Positions 47,978 to 58,385 of a stretch of DNA of 64,000 nt are shown here, in pieces (the stretch's first letter is position 1; each line of letters begins with the position of its first letter). The position numbers and the translations under genes were made by a program. Under the pieces are notes generated by a model. That model did no database searches, was not told the origin of the DNA, and saw nothing but the letters and a program-made list of their open reading frames with translations. The DNA comes from a virus, in IMG/VR virus record IMGVR_UViG_3300026078_000018, one strand, 5' to 3'.

Positions 47978-48825
47978 ACCTGGCCCAGCAGCCTCCGCTG
48001 CCCGACACGCTGCTGCGCCTGAGCACCGAACAATCCAGACGGCTGAACCTGTCTTCGGCGAGGTCCTGGACCAATGCCAAAGAGAAGTGCCTGACGTGCA
48101 GCAAAGCCAACAACAGCACCTATCAGTGGTACGCCCCCGGCTCCCGCAATGAGCAGCACACCGTGCGCTACCAGTGCGACTGCGTCAGCCAGTACCGGCT
48201 CTACCGGTGGATGAGCTGGGCGGGCATCGGCCTGAACTACCAGCGGGCCGACTGGCAGGACGCCATCGGCATGGACGACTCCAAGGCGATGGAAGCCGTT
48301 CTTGACTATGCCTTGAACGCCGCCTACCACGTCAACGCAGGCAACAACCTGATTCTGTGGTCCAAGCAGTTCGGCACCGGCAAGACCTTCCTGGCCAGCA
48401 TGCTCGCCAAGCGGCTGCTGTTCCTGGGGGTTGACGTCTACTTCGCTACCCTGGATGAGATCCTCGACCTCTACACCGCCAGCTGGCGCTCCGAGACCGC
48501 GCTCGCCCACTTCGAAGAACGCGTCCGCACCTGTGACGTGCTTTTCATGGACGATATCGGCCGCGAACACCCCGGCCGCACAGATGTCGTCATCTCCATG
48601 CTGGACGGCGTCGTGCGCCGCCGTGTCGCCAACTGCCTGCCGATCGCCGTCACCACCAACCTGCAGAAAGAAGAGCTCGTCGCCTACGGCCCCAACCTGG
48701 AGAGCCTCCTGAGGGAGCGCATGATCATGGTGGAGGTCGAAGGCGTCGACAAGCGACCGGCTATGTCAGCGCGCGCTGTCCGCGAGCATGAGCTCGGCCT
48801 CACCCGACCGATTGTGATCGCCTGA
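47974..48825 (+). CDS. DnaC/IstB-like helicase loader
   Basis: CxxC..CxC, GTGKT, LFMDDIGRE, TTN. Confidence 0.85.
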   Translation: MNLAQQPPLPDTLLRLSTEQSRRLNLSSARSWTNAKEKCLTCSKANNSTYQWYAPGSRNEQHTVRYQCDCVSQYRLYRWMSWAGIGLNYQRADWQDAIGMDDSKAMEAVLDYALNAAYHVNAGNNLILWSKQFGTGKTFLASMLAKRLLFLGVDVYFATLDEILDLYTASWRSETALAHFEERVRTCDVLFMDDIGREHPGRTDVVISMLDGVVRRRVANCLPIAVTTNLQKEELVAYGPNLESLLRERMIMVEVEGVDKRPAMSARAVREHELGLTRPIVIA

Positions 48826-50153
48826 TGCCGACACCTGCAGAGAACGCCCTCATCAACGCGCTCACCGATGTCGAGGCGCTGGAACATCTGGTCGAGCTGG
48901 GCCTGGCCGCCGAATGCATTCCCACTCCGAAGCTTGCCGAGATCATCGCCTGGGCCTGTGATTACTTCATCGACTCCCGTCGCACCCAGGCCCCGGAACG
49001 TAGCGTGCTGCAGGCCACCTGGGGCGCCGCCCTGGACGCCATGGGTGCGGAGCTGGAGGCCGAGGACGTCCAAGTACCCCAGATCTCCTGGGCTGTCAGG
49101 ACCCTCAAAGAGCAGTACCTGCACCTGCAGTACCAGCAGATCCTCATCGACGGCGCCAACGCCATGGCCACGACCAATACCGGTGAGAAGGCCGCGGTGG
49201 TCCACGCCAGTATGGCGCGCCTGCAGGCCCTCGCTGACACCACCGCGGAGACTCGGATTGGAGAGGATGGCCGCACTGGCCTGGAGGCCTCCGTTGCCCG
49301 CTACGAACACCGCGTCAACCACCCCGAGTCGATGCGAGGGCTGGGGCTCGGCCTGCCCGCGGTCGACGAACACACCGGCGGCATCCAGCGCGGCGAATGT
49401 GCTGCCGTCATCGCCCCGGAGAAGACCGGCAAGTCCAACATGGCCCTGTGGTCGGCGAAGGAGCACTTTCAGGCATACCAGGACTCGGTGACGGTCCTGT
49501 ACACGCTGGAGAACTCCGTCAAAGCCGCCTACGACCGGCTGGCATGCATGGTCGCCCAGATCGACTACACCGATTACCAGTGGGGACGTGTGGCCGCCGC
49601 CGATCTGGCATACCTGCGCGACTGGCAGTCTGACCATGCTGCCGATCTAGCCGAACGCTTCTTCGTTATGCAGCCCGGTGAGGGCGGCCGCACCGCGGCT
49701 GCCATGTGCCAGACAGCGCGGGCCCGCGGCGCCGACGCGGTGATCTTCGACCAGCTGTCGCACTTCGAGATCACCCGCAACTACCGGACCGACCGCGAAG
49801 AGACCAAGCGTGCGATCAACGAACTGATCGTGGCACTGTCCGACGGCGGAGGCCAGCGCGAGCCACTGTCCGGGCTTCTGCTGCACCAGGCCAGCCGCGA
49901 GGCAGCCGAAGCCGCCAAGAAGACGGGTACCCTCGGCACCCATGGCGGCGCTGGAACTTCAGAAATCGAGCGCGCCGTCGATATGTACTTCGGCCTGTTC
50001 CAAAGCGAAGACGACGCCGGATGCGACGAGGCCAGCCTGGAACTCCTCGCCTTCCGCCGCGGCCCAGCCAAGGCGAAGTGGCAGCTGGCCTGGCGCCCCT
50101 GGGCCGGGGACGTCCACGTCCTGTACAAGCCGGTGATGTCCGGTGGCTACTGA
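48825..50153 (+). CDS. dnaB: DnaB-like replicative helicase
   Basis: GGIQRGE, APEKTGKS, YTLE, FDQL, HQ.SRE, IE..D, R.G. Confidence 0.88.
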   Translation: MPTPAENALINALTDVEALEHLVELGLAAECIPTPKLAEIIAWACDYFIDSRRTQAPERSVLQATWGAALDAMGAELEAEDVQVPQISWAVRTLKEQYLHLQYQQILIDGANAMATTNTGEKAAVVHASMARLQALADTTAETRIGEDGRTGLEASVARYEHRVNHPESMRGLGLGLPAVDEHTGGIQRGECAAVIAPEKTGKSNMALWSAKEHFQAYQDSVTVLYTLENSVKAAYDRLACMVAQIDYTDYQWGRVAAADLAYLRDWQSDHAADLAERFFVMQPGEGGRTAAAMCQTARARGADAVIFDQLSHFEITRNYRTDREETKRAINELIVALSDGGGQREPLSGLLLHQASREAAEAAKKTGTLGTHGGAGTSEIERAVDMYFGLFQSEDDAGCDEASLELLAFRRGPAKAKWQLAWRPWAGDVHVLYKPVMSGGY

Positions 50154-51270
50154 TACCGCCGGGATCGACCTGCTGCCCGAGCAGGCCCGCAGAGCCCTGC
50201 TCCTGGACCTACTGGCTCAGGCCGGGGCCGTGTCAGTCCGCGTCAACGACGCCAACGGCGAAATCATCCACGGCTGCCTGCTCACCCCCGGCGCACACCG
50301 CGATCAGGCCGCCAACCCCACTGCCAGCATCAACTACCGGCGTTTGGCCGGATCCTGCTTTGGATGCGGCGCCGCGGGCGGCCTGATCTGGTTTGTCGCC
50401 ACTGTCCTGAACACTGACGACACCGGAGCCCGGACGTGGCTCGCAGGACACGGCGCCCCCGATGGCGGCCCTATCGCGCTGCCCACCATGCTGGCCGCGA
50501 TTACCGAGCCGTTCACCACCACCGCCTCGGCTACCGAACCCATCCCGAAGTACCACCCCAGCGCCCTGGACGCCTTCGCGCACTCCCATGGCTACTGGAC
50601 CGACCCACCGGCCGCGCCCGGCACCTCAAGGGGCGGCCGAGGCATCCACCCGGCCACCGTCGCCGCCCGACACCTGGGCTACGACCCCGGCACAGGCCGC
50701 GTCGTCATCCCGCACTTCTGGCGAGGCGACCTCGTCGGCTGGCAATCACGCCCCGCCGGGGCCGTCCCGCCGGACACCCCCAAGTACCAGAACACGCCCA
50801 GCTTTCCGAAACGTACTACTCTGCATCACCTCAACTCACAGGTCGAGGAGCTGCTACTCGTTGAGTCCTCGATGAGCGAACTACGCCACGCCCACGCCAT
50901 GGACGACATCGCAGGAACATTCGGCGCATGGGTCAGCGACGAGCAGATCGAAGCCATCATCCGGCTGCCGCGCCTGCGCCGCATCATCGTCTGGCCCGAC
51001 TCAGACCCCAAAGGCTGGGAGGCCTTCGACGGCGGCCGCACCCCCAAGCACGGCCTCATCGCCCGGCTCAGCCGCTACAAGCCCGTCTTCTACATCGACA
51101 GCCCCTTCACCGGCGACCCCGCCGACATCGACACCCCCACCGCGGTGGCCATGCGCGAACACCTGCTGCGCCCCGCAGCCCTGTGGCAGCGCCCCACTGC
51201 GCTTGCCTGCTGGCACTGCAGGCTCCCCGCCCACACCGGTGCCTGTCCTCATCCGGCGGCCGCCGCGTGA
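50143..51270 (+). CDS. DNA primase (Zn finger + TOPRIM)
   Basis: C....H.D...S....CFGC; PKY.N; LVES; DSD.KG; D..D. Confidence 0.85.
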   Translation: MATDTAGIDLLPEQARRALLLDLLAQAGAVSVRVNDANGEIIHGCLLTPGAHRDQAANPTASINYRRLAGSCFGCGAAGGLIWFVATVLNTDDTGARTWLAGHGAPDGGPIALPTMLAAITEPFTTTASATEPIPKYHPSALDAFAHSHGYWTDPPAAPGTSRGGRGIHPATVAARHLGYDPGTGRVVIPHFWRGDLVGWQSRPAGAVPPDTPKYQNTPSFPKRTTLHHLNSQVEELLLVESSMSELRHAHAMDDIAGTFGAWVSDEQIEAIIRLPRLRRIIVWPDSDPKGWEAFDGGRTPKHGLIARLSRYKPVFYIDSPFTGDPADIDTPTAVAMREHLLRPAALWQRPTALACWHCRLPAHTGACPHPAAAA

Positions 51271-51272
51271 AG
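51242..51272 (+). promoter_or_regulatory. candidate late promoter CCTGT-N23-AAG
   Basis: ATG 7 nt from the start of AAG. Confidence 0.5.
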
Positions 51273-51276
51273 GGAC

Positions 51277-51465
51277 ATGGCACTCACCAAGTTCTCCGTC
51301 GGCCAGCTGATCACCGACGACTCCAGCATCGACACCACCGCCGAGCCCACCAACCGTGTGGAATCCGCACCCGAACACAGGGCTACAGCTTGCCACTGCG
51401 GCACAATGTGCCGATGCGCCCCGAGCCACGCCCCGACGGACGATTCCGACCCGACATCGACCTGA
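51277..51465 (+). CDS. small protein with CHC..CRC
   Basis: Preceded by the late-promoter motif. Confidence 0.55.
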   Translation: MALTKFSVGQLITDDSSIDTTAEPTNRVESAPEHRATACHCGTMCRCAPSHAPTDDSDPTST

Positions 51466-52298
51466 CCGACCTGTGGGCCCGCATCCCCGGCCCCACCGCC
51501 ACCCTGATCGCCTACGGCCCCGACGGCGTCCCGGTCATCCTCGTCGGCGACGGCCCGCGCCTGTGCACCTCGGCGCGCGCCGTTGTGAGCCTGCGCCCGT
51601 CGAGGATCTACGACGTCAACGGGTTCTACGCCGCCCTCGGAGTAGAACCCGGTGCCGACCGTCACACCTTGGCCAAGGCCTATGTCGCCCTCGGCGGTCA
51701 CGGTGACCCCCGCCTGACCGAGATCATGTCGATTCTGCTCGACCCAGACAAGCGGCGCGCCTATGACCGGATGCTGCCACACCAGCGGTTCGCCGACACC
51801 GAGACGGTGCAGCGGCTCACTAACGCCGAGTCGGCTCGGCGTCTCCGTGAAGCAGACCCTCTTTCGAGTGTTTTTGACACCGAAAACGTGCGTTCCGGGG
51901 GCCAAAATACGCGAGAATCAGTACACGAAACAGCCGGTCGTGTACCGGGGAATGTAACCGAAACAGATCTGACGTGGGGATACGCCTACTACCTGTGGGG
52001 CGTCACCTACTCCGCCTCGGAGACAGCGGACCTGCCATTGTGGCAACAAGCTGTCATCACCGCGCTGGGCGCCCTCCCGGGCGCGGCGCAGCAGTTCGCC
52101 GTCGGCCGCTGCGCCCTCGGGACCGACCCGGTCGCCATCCGGGTCGCAGACGTCCCGGTGGCGTTCCTGTCGGCAGGCACCGCACCACAGCAAACCCTCG
52201 CCGAGCGCGTCGCGAACCAGCTACGCGCGCTGCAACAGCACACCACCTCACCGTTTAGCCACGCGAAACAGCACACCCAAGGAGCACTCACCCCATGA
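51414..52298 (+). CDS. J-domain-like protein
   Basis: FYAALGV.P.A.......AY...LLDP.KRRAYD; start uncertain. Confidence 0.7.
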   Translation: MRPEPRPDGRFRPDIDLTDLWARIPGPTATLIAYGPDGVPVILVGDGPRLCTSARAVVSLRPSRIYDVNGFYAALGVEPGADRHTLAKAYVALGGHGDPRLTEIMSILLDPDKRRAYDRMLPHQRFADTETVQRLTNAESARRLREADPLSSVFDTENVRSGGQNTRESVHETAGRVPGNVTETDLTWGYAYYLWGVTYSASETADLPLWQQAVITALGALPGAAQQFAVGRCALGTDPVAIRVADVPVAFLSAGTAPQQTLAERVANQLRALQQHTTSPFSHAKQHTQGALTP

Positions 52299-53284
52299 GC
52301 AGCGACACCATCACGTTCAGCCCCGGCCGCGGCATCGAGGCCACGAAGGCCGCCTCCGCGGCCAGCAGCGGCGGTGACTTCCGGAAGATCCACTACTTCC
52401 AGATCCCCAAGCCCGGAGACAAGGTCGTCCTGCGCTTCATCACCTCCATCGATCGGATGCCGGTGGTGAAGTTCCATAACTTCGTGCCGACCAAGCAGGG
52501 TCCGGCGGGTGCCACCAACTGGCCCTCTTCGATGTCTGCGGTCTGCCGCTACGACGACGCCTTCAAGGGCGGCTTCAGCGACTGCTACATCTGCGACAAC
52601 AAGATCACCAATGCGCAGGGCCGCGTCTGCAAGGCCACCCCCAAGACCACCGCCCTGGCCTGCCTGCGCATGGAGTACAAGGACCCGAACACGGGTGAGA
52701 CCGGCTGGACCGACGTCCCGCGCGACGTGAAGATCAAGGAGGGGGAGACGGTCAAGGAGGTCGTCGAGCGCTCCCTGATCGTCGTGTCCATGGCCCCGTC
52801 CAATTTCTGGGACAACCTCATGGGCTTCGGTCAGAGGTTCAAATCCTTGAGTGACCGTGACTACGAGGTCGAGCGCCAGGGCGAGGGCATCAAGACCAGC
52901 TACATGTTCTTCCCCCTGGACAAGGACCCGGTCTTGTATCCCGGTTCCGAGGCCTGGGTGTACGACCAGGTCGCCGAAACCCAGGGCCTGGACGTCGACC
53001 AGATCATCGTCAACCAGGCGAAAGACGAGTACTACGCGCGGTTCTTCGACCCGCGCTACACCGTCAACGACAAGGGCATCGTCGTGCCCGTCGGCAACGC
53101 TGCTTCCAACGGCCCGGCCACCGCCGCGGCGCAGGAGAGTACTGCGGAGAAGATCGCCAGGCTGCAGGAGGAAGTCCAGAAGGGCCAGGGCCGCGCCGAG
53201 GCCGCCACCGCAGGCGCCTTCGGCGGCACCCCCGCCGCCGCCCCCTCCGGCGACCCCTGGGCCAGCGGGAACAGCGGCTTCTAG
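52295..53284 (+). CDS. single-stranded DNA-binding protein (gp32-like)
   Basis: LRF, H, C...CYIC, L.DRDY...R.G....T.Y; DPW tail. Confidence 0.7.
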   Translation: MSSDTITFSPGRGIEATKAASAASSGGDFRKIHYFQIPKPGDKVVLRFITSIDRMPVVKFHNFVPTKQGPAGATNWPSSMSAVCRYDDAFKGGFSDCYICDNKITNAQGRVCKATPKTTALACLRMEYKDPNTGETGWTDVPRDVKIKEGETVKEVVERSLIVVSMAPSNFWDNLMGFGQRFKSLSDRDYEVERQGEGIKTSYMFFPLDKDPVLYPGSEAWVYDQVAETQGLDVDQIIVNQAKDEYYARFFDPRYTVNDKGIVVPVGNAASNGPATAAAQESTAEKIARLQEEVQKGQGRAEAATAGAFGGTPAAAPSGDPWASGNSGF

Positions 53285-53373
53285 CGCATCCAGGGGCCCG
53301 CGCCGGAGGCAACCCGGTGCGGGCCCCACCCCTACACCCGCTCCACGCAGAGCGCACCGAGAGGGGACTCCCT

Positions 53374-56300
53374 ATGCGCATCGTCGAAACCTACGACCCG
53401 GCCCCGGCCGAATACAGCGACGCCACCGGCACTCGCACCTGGCCCGTCGTCGCGCTCATCGAAGACGACGACGGCTTCCGCTGGCTCATCGCCGCCACCC
53501 AGATCACCGAGCACCACTGGCGCCGCGCCCTGGCCGCAGGCGCTGCCGGTGTCACCCAAGCGGCCCCCGGCAGGGGCTGGCACAGCGCCACCGCCGAACG
53601 CTACGCCGACCTGCGCGAGCACGGCGGCGAGCTCATCGCAAGCACCGACATGCCGACCCTGATCGCTCTGCGCGAACAGGAAGCGGCAGCGCGTGCCCCC
53701 CGCCGCGCCGCCGGGTTCGTCAACCTGCACACCCATACCGAGCATTCCCCGGTGGATGCCATCTCCCGGATCCCGCAGCTGGTGCAGATCGCTGCAGAAC
53801 AGGGAGCTGGAGCGCTCGGCATCACTGACCATGGCTACTGCTCCGGCCATCCCGAGCTGCAGATTCAGGCTGCCGCCGTTGGGATTAAGCCGGTGTTCGG
53901 CATCGAGGCCTACTTCGTAGACGACGTCGAGCAGCGCGGCAGCGACCAGTATGACTACTGGCACCTGATCCTGCTCGCCCGTACTGATGAGGGGCTACGG
54001 AATCTGTGGGCGGCCTCCACCGAGTCGTTCCGGCGCGGCTTCTATGGCAAGCCCCGCATGGACTGGGACATCCTCGGCCGCCATTCCGAAGGCCTCGTCG
54101 CGACTACCGCGTGCCTGGGCGGCCCCATTGCCGAAGCGCTCAAGCGCGGCGACGTTGACACTGCGGCCGCGCGCTTGACCCGACTTAAGGGCATCTTCGA
54201 GGACCGGCTCTACGCCGAGCTGCACGTTTACCCGACCGAAGAGCAGCGCTTCGTCAACAAGAACCTCGCCGACCTCGCCGCCATCTTCGAGATCCCCTTG
54301 GTTGCCGCTGCCGACTCCCACTACCCGCGCCCGGAGGACCACGAACGGCACCAGGTGTGGCTGGCCGCTGCCACCCGCAAGGACATCGGCGAAACCGGGA
54401 TGTTCACTTCCGGCCGGTTCCACATGCACACCGCCGACGACATCCGCGCCGCCCTGGACTATATGCGGCCCGAGCAGGTCGAGGAGGCTATCGCCTCTAC
54501 GGTGGCTATCGCCAAGGCCGCTGAGGCCGAGATCCGTACCCGCAAGGTGTTGCCGCTGTACTCGCCGAAGTCCACCTACGACTCCGACGCCGAGCAACTG
54601 CGGAAGACCGCCCTGGCGAACTGGTCCAAGGTCGAGCCACGCATCACGGATGAGACCTCCAAGAGGCTTTACACCGAGCGCTTCGAGCGTGAAATGAGCC
54701 TGCTGAAGGCTCAGAAGTTCTGCGGCTACTTCTTGATCGTCGCCGACTTCATCGGCTGGGCCAAGGGTCAGGGCATCCTCGTCGGCCCCGGCCGAGGCTC
54801 CGGAGGCGGCTCCTTGGTTGCCTACCTGATGGGCATCACCGAGATGAACTCGGTCCGCTGGGATCTCCCGTTCGAGCGCTTCCTGACTCCGGGCAGGGAG
54901 TCCCTGCCCGACTTCGACACCGACTTCCCCGCCTCTAAACGTCCTGATATCTTCGCCTACTTGGCCCAGCGCTGGGGCAGCGAGAACGTTGTGTCCATTG
55001 GCACTGTGTCCCGCCTGCGCAACCGCGGCGTCGCCAAGGAGCTGGAGCGGGCCATGCGCCCCATGCTGCCGGACGGCTCGTTCGACGACATGGTGAAAGT
55101 CAGCAAGATTATCGAAGAGGCGGAGGCCGGGACCGCGGGCCTGGGCCTGTCCTGGGAAGACCTCTGGGACCAGCACGGAGATCAGCTGGCCGAATACCGT
55201 ATGCGCTACCCGAACCTGTTCGATCACGCGGACCACCTAGTCGGCCTGCTCAAAACCTACGGCAAGCACGCTGCGGGCGCCGTCATTTCCACCGACGAAC
55301 CGCTCACCGGCGTCATGCCGCTGCGTGGCGGCGAAGACGGCAGCCGGATGATCACGCAGTTCGACGATGACGCCGTCGAAATGCAGGGCTACATCAAGTA
55401 CGACGTCCTCACTCTGACGACCCTGGACACCATCCAGATGACCATCGATGCCATCGAGGAGCGCTGGGGCCATCGCCTCAACCTCTACAGCTTCGACAAC
55501 GAGCTCGACGACCCCATCGTCTGGGACATGCTCTGCGCAGGCGACGTCCTCGGCTGCTTTCAGATCGAGACCTCCCTGGGCATCCGCATGGTCCGCGACA
55601 TGCAGCCCCGGAATATCGCCGACCTCGCCGACGTCATCACCCTGGTCCGGCCGGGCCCCCGCAACTCCGGCATCACCCGCACCTACCTCGCTCGCCGCAA
55701 CGGCGAAGACGGGGTCACCGTCCCCGACGAGCGCCTGCGCGAAGTCTTGGCCCCCACCTACGGCACCATGATCTACCAGGAGCAAGTACTGGCCATCTGC
55801 CGGATCATCGCAGGGTACAACGATCTCGAAGCCGACGACATCCGCAAGATCCTCGGAAAGAAGAAGATCGACAAGGTCGACGCGGCGGGCCGCGACTTCG
55901 TGGCGCGCGCCATCGAACGTGGCATGTCCCGCAACGCAGCCCTGATGTTGTGGGGCCAGATGGCCGAGTTCTCCAAGTACGCCTTCGGCAAGGCCCACGC
56001 CTATGCCTACGGCCTGCTGTGCTACTGGACTGCCTTCCTGAAGATCCACTACCCGGTGGAGTTCATGGCCGCGACCCTGTCCACCGTCAAAGACGAGCGG
56101 CTCCCGGTTTTCGTCAAGGAATCCCGGCGCATCGGGGTGCCGGTGCTGGCCCCGGACATCAACATCTCCGGCACCGGATTCACCATTGACAACGCCTCCG
56201 TCCGCTACGGCATCAGCTCCCTGAAGGGTGTCGGGGAGGCTGCCGCCGCAGAGATCATCGCCCACCAGCCCTACACCAGCATCGAAGACCTCGCCGAGCG

Positions 56301-56991
56301 CACCAGCAGCAAAGCCGTCACCCGCGGCACCATCGGCACCCTGGCGCTCGCTGGAGCCTTCGACACCCTCTACCCGCACCGCGCCGCCCTGGTCGCCCGG
56401 CTGAAGGCCGAGGCCTCCGGCGAGGCCACCCGCTGCCGGTTCAAGACCGACGACGTGCCGGAGGGGGAGCTGCCGTGCCGGTTCGACTGGGCCAGCGAAC
56501 CGCCGCTGGTCAACCCGAAGACCGGGAAGAAGCTGAAGCCCAAGCCGCCGCCGAAGCGGTGCGTCAAGTCCTGCCGCCAGTACGCAGCCCCCGAGCCGTT
56601 CGACCCCGAGGCCGTACCCCGCTACACCCCCGAGCAGATCGGCGCCATCGAGCGCGAACTGTTCGGCCGCCACCTGACCTACAGCCCCTTCGACGTCATC
56701 GCCAACCGGGTCACCCGTGACGAGTTCCGGCACGTCGCCGAAACCGCCGAAACCGCCTACGGCACCCACCTGCTGCTGGCCTACGTCGAGGACGTTGCCC
56801 CTCGCACCTCCAAGAACGGCCTGCGGATGGGCCGCATCACCTTGGCCACCGAGGGCCCCGACTTGGAGGCCGTCATTTTCTCCACCCTGTGGGAGAAGCT
56901 CGACCCCGACGCCCTGCGCGGCCGCCTGGTCGCCGCCGAGGTGCAGCACACCGACCGGGGCATGAACGTCAAATCCATCGAGCTCCTGTGA
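53374..56991 (+). CDS. dnaE: DNA polymerase III alpha subunit
   Basis: NLHTHTEHS, ITDHG, GRGSGGGS, FERFL, PDFDTD, HAAG, KYD.L, YQEQ, F.KAH. Confidence 0.95.
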   Translation: MRIVETYDPAPAEYSDATGTRTWPVVALIEDDDGFRWLIAATQITEHHWRRALAAGAAGVTQAAPGRGWHSATAERYADLREHGGELIASTDMPTLIALREQEAAARAPRRAAGFVNLHTHTEHSPVDAISRIPQLVQIAAEQGAGALGITDHGYCSGHPELQIQAAAVGIKPVFGIEAYFVDDVEQRGSDQYDYWHLILLARTDEGLRNLWAASTESFRRGFYGKPRMDWDILGRHSEGLVATTACLGGPIAEALKRGDVDTAAARLTRLKGIFEDRLYAELHVYPTEEQRFVNKNLADLAAIFEIPLVAAADSHYPRPEDHERHQVWLAAATRKDIGETGMFTSGRFHMHTADDIRAALDYMRPEQVEEAIASTVAIAKAAEAEIRTRKVLPLYSPKSTYDSDAEQLRKTALANWSKVEPRITDETSKRLYTERFEREMSLLKAQKFCGYFLIVADFIGWAKGQGILVGPGRGSGGGSLVAYLMGITEMNSVRWDLPFERFLTPGRESLPDFDTDFPASKRPDIFAYLAQRWGSENVVSIGTVSRLRNRGVAKELERAMRPMLPDGSFDDMVKVSKIIEEAEAGTAGLGLSWEDLWDQHGDQLAEYRMRYPNLFDHADHLVGLLKTYGKHAAGAVISTDEPLTGVMPLRGGEDGSRMITQFDDDAVEMQGYIKYDVLTLTTLDTIQMTIDAIEERWGHRLNLYSFDNELDDPIVWDMLCAGDVLGCFQIETSLGIRMVRDMQPRNIADLADVITLVRPGPRNSGITRTYLARRNGEDGVTVPDERLREVLAPTYGTMIYQEQVLAICRIIAGYNDLEADDIRKILGKKKIDKVDAAGRDFVARAIERGMSRNAALMLWGQMAEFSKYAFGKAHAYAYGLLCYWTAFLKIHYPVEFMAATLSTVKDERLPVFVKESRRIGVPVLAPDINISGTGFTIDNASVRYGISSLKGVGEAAAAEIIAHQPYTSIEDLAERTSSKAVTRGTIGTLALAGAFDTLYPHRAALVARLKAEASGEATRCRFKTDDVPEGELPCRFDWASEPPLVNPKTGKKLKPKPPPKRCVKSCRQYAAPEPFDPEAVPRYTPEQIGAIERELFGRHLTYSPFDVIANRVTRDEFRHVAETAETAYGTHLLLAYVEDVAPRTSKNGLRMGRITLATEGPDLEAVIFSTLWEKLDPDALRGRLVAAEVQHTDRGMNVKSIELL

Positions 56992-56999
56992 GGACCGAA

Positions 57000-57806
57000 G
57001 TGACCGACACTCTCTTCAGCCCGGTGCGCGCCTCCAGCGTGTATGTGCCGGATGAGCAGCTGCACCTGATCCCGATGCTGCGGAATTTCCTCATCCCGTC
57101 CCTGGGCAACCTGCCGGACGTCATGCACTTCACCGCCTCGGGCCTCGCGCCGCGCACGTCGCCGCCGTCAGGCTACTTCTCCCCGTCGACCCACCCCACC
57201 TGGTCGCTGCGGGACCTGGTGCTGTACGCGATGGAGCCGACTTACGTGCCGCCGGATCAGAAGGCGTTCTCGGACGACACCCAGATCTCCGCCCTGATGG
57301 GCACTATCTTCCACGTGATCTTCAACTACGCGTTCCGGGAGATGGGGATCCTGGTGGCGCCGCCGGAGAAGAGCTGCCCGCTGTGCCACAAGCCCCGCGG
57401 CTACAAAGCCGGAGTCGACACCTGCAACGAGCACGTCGTCATCGACGAGAAGCTCAAGCGCCGCGGCCACGTGGACGGCGTGGTCAAGCTGCCGGACCTC
57501 GGCACCATCCCCATCGACGTCAAGACCTGCGCCCACCAAGCCATCAAGTGGATCAACAATCACGACGCGCAGCCGTTCATCGAGGCCAAGGCAGGCAGCC
57601 TGAAGGCCAAGTACTACGGCCAGGCCCAGGAGTACCTGGCCATGCGCGACGAAGACATGCTGATGTTCGTCTACATCGGCCTGGGCTATCCCTGGGAGAT
57701 GCGCGAGATCATCATCAAGCGGGACCAGCCCTACATCGACGCCCTGCAGGCCAAGTACAAGCTCGCCCGGGAGATGGCCTCCCGCAGGGAGATCCCGCCC
57801 GCCTGA
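57000..57806 (+). CDS. PD-(D/E)xK exonuclease (RecB/Cas4-like)
   Basis: FSPS, GT.FH, GHVDG, DVKT, Q...Y. Confidence 0.8.
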   Translation: MTDTLFSPVRASSVYVPDEQLHLIPMLRNFLIPSLGNLPDVMHFTASGLAPRTSPPSGYFSPSTHPTWSLRDLVLYAMEPTYVPPDQKAFSDDTQISALMGTIFHVIFNYAFREMGILVAPPEKSCPLCHKPRGYKAGVDTCNEHVVIDEKLKRRGHVDGVVKLPDLGTIPIDVKTCAHQAIKWINNHDAQPFIEAKAGSLKAKYYGQAQEYLAMRDEDMLMFVYIGLGYPWEMREIIIKRDQPYIDALQAKYKLAREMASRREIPPA

Positions 57807-57839
57807 TGTCCGCGCCGGGCCCGGCGGCCACCAAAGTGC

Positions 57840-58385
57840 GTGAGCCGACTCCTCCCACGCCCCATCGACACCGACCCGGCCCTGCTCGCCCGCGGCACCG
57901 TCCTCGCATTCGACGCCGCGCTGGCCAACACCGGCTGGTCGGTGATCCGCAACGACGGAGAGCATCTTGACGTGTTGAACTGCGGATGCGAACACACCTC
58001 CTCGCAGGCCACCAGCCACGAGAAGACCTACCAGCGCACAGACGAGCTGATGAGCCACTTGACGCGGCTCATCGGCAACTGGGGTCACGCAGTCGACCAC
58101 ATCGTGGTCGAGCGGCCCGCAGTGGCAGGACACCGCATCGAATCAGCCCTGATGGCCGCCTACGTCGTCCACCACGTCACCGGCGGCCGAGCGGTACTGG
58201 TATCCCGCCAGCACGTGCTGTCGCTCCTGCTCGGCCCCGGGAACCACACCAAAGCCCAGGCGCGCGCCGCCGCTCGCCGTTGGATCCCCGACCGGGGTGC
58301 CGAGCCGTTCAACGAGCACATCGCCGATGCCGAGTTGCTCGGCATCACCCACTTGTTCGACCTCGCCCATGGAGGTGTCTCATGA
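57840..58385 (+). CDS. ruvC: RuvC-like Holliday junction resolvase
   Basis: LAFD....NTGW, VVE, K, H.ADA. Confidence 0.85.
   Translation: MSRLLPRPIDTDPALLARGTVLAFDAALANTGWSVIRNDGEHLDVLNCGCEHTSSQATSHEKTYQRTDELMSHLTRLIGNWGHAVDHIVVERPAVAGHRIESALMAAYVVHHVTGGRAVLVSRQHVLSLLLGPGNHTKAQARAAARRWIPDRGAEPFNEHIADAELLGITHLFDLAHGGVS

Noticed and set aside
57000-57806. Cas4 as evidence of a CRISPR system
   Set aside because: No array or other cas genes; solo PD-(D/E)xK exonucleases are normal in phage replication modules.
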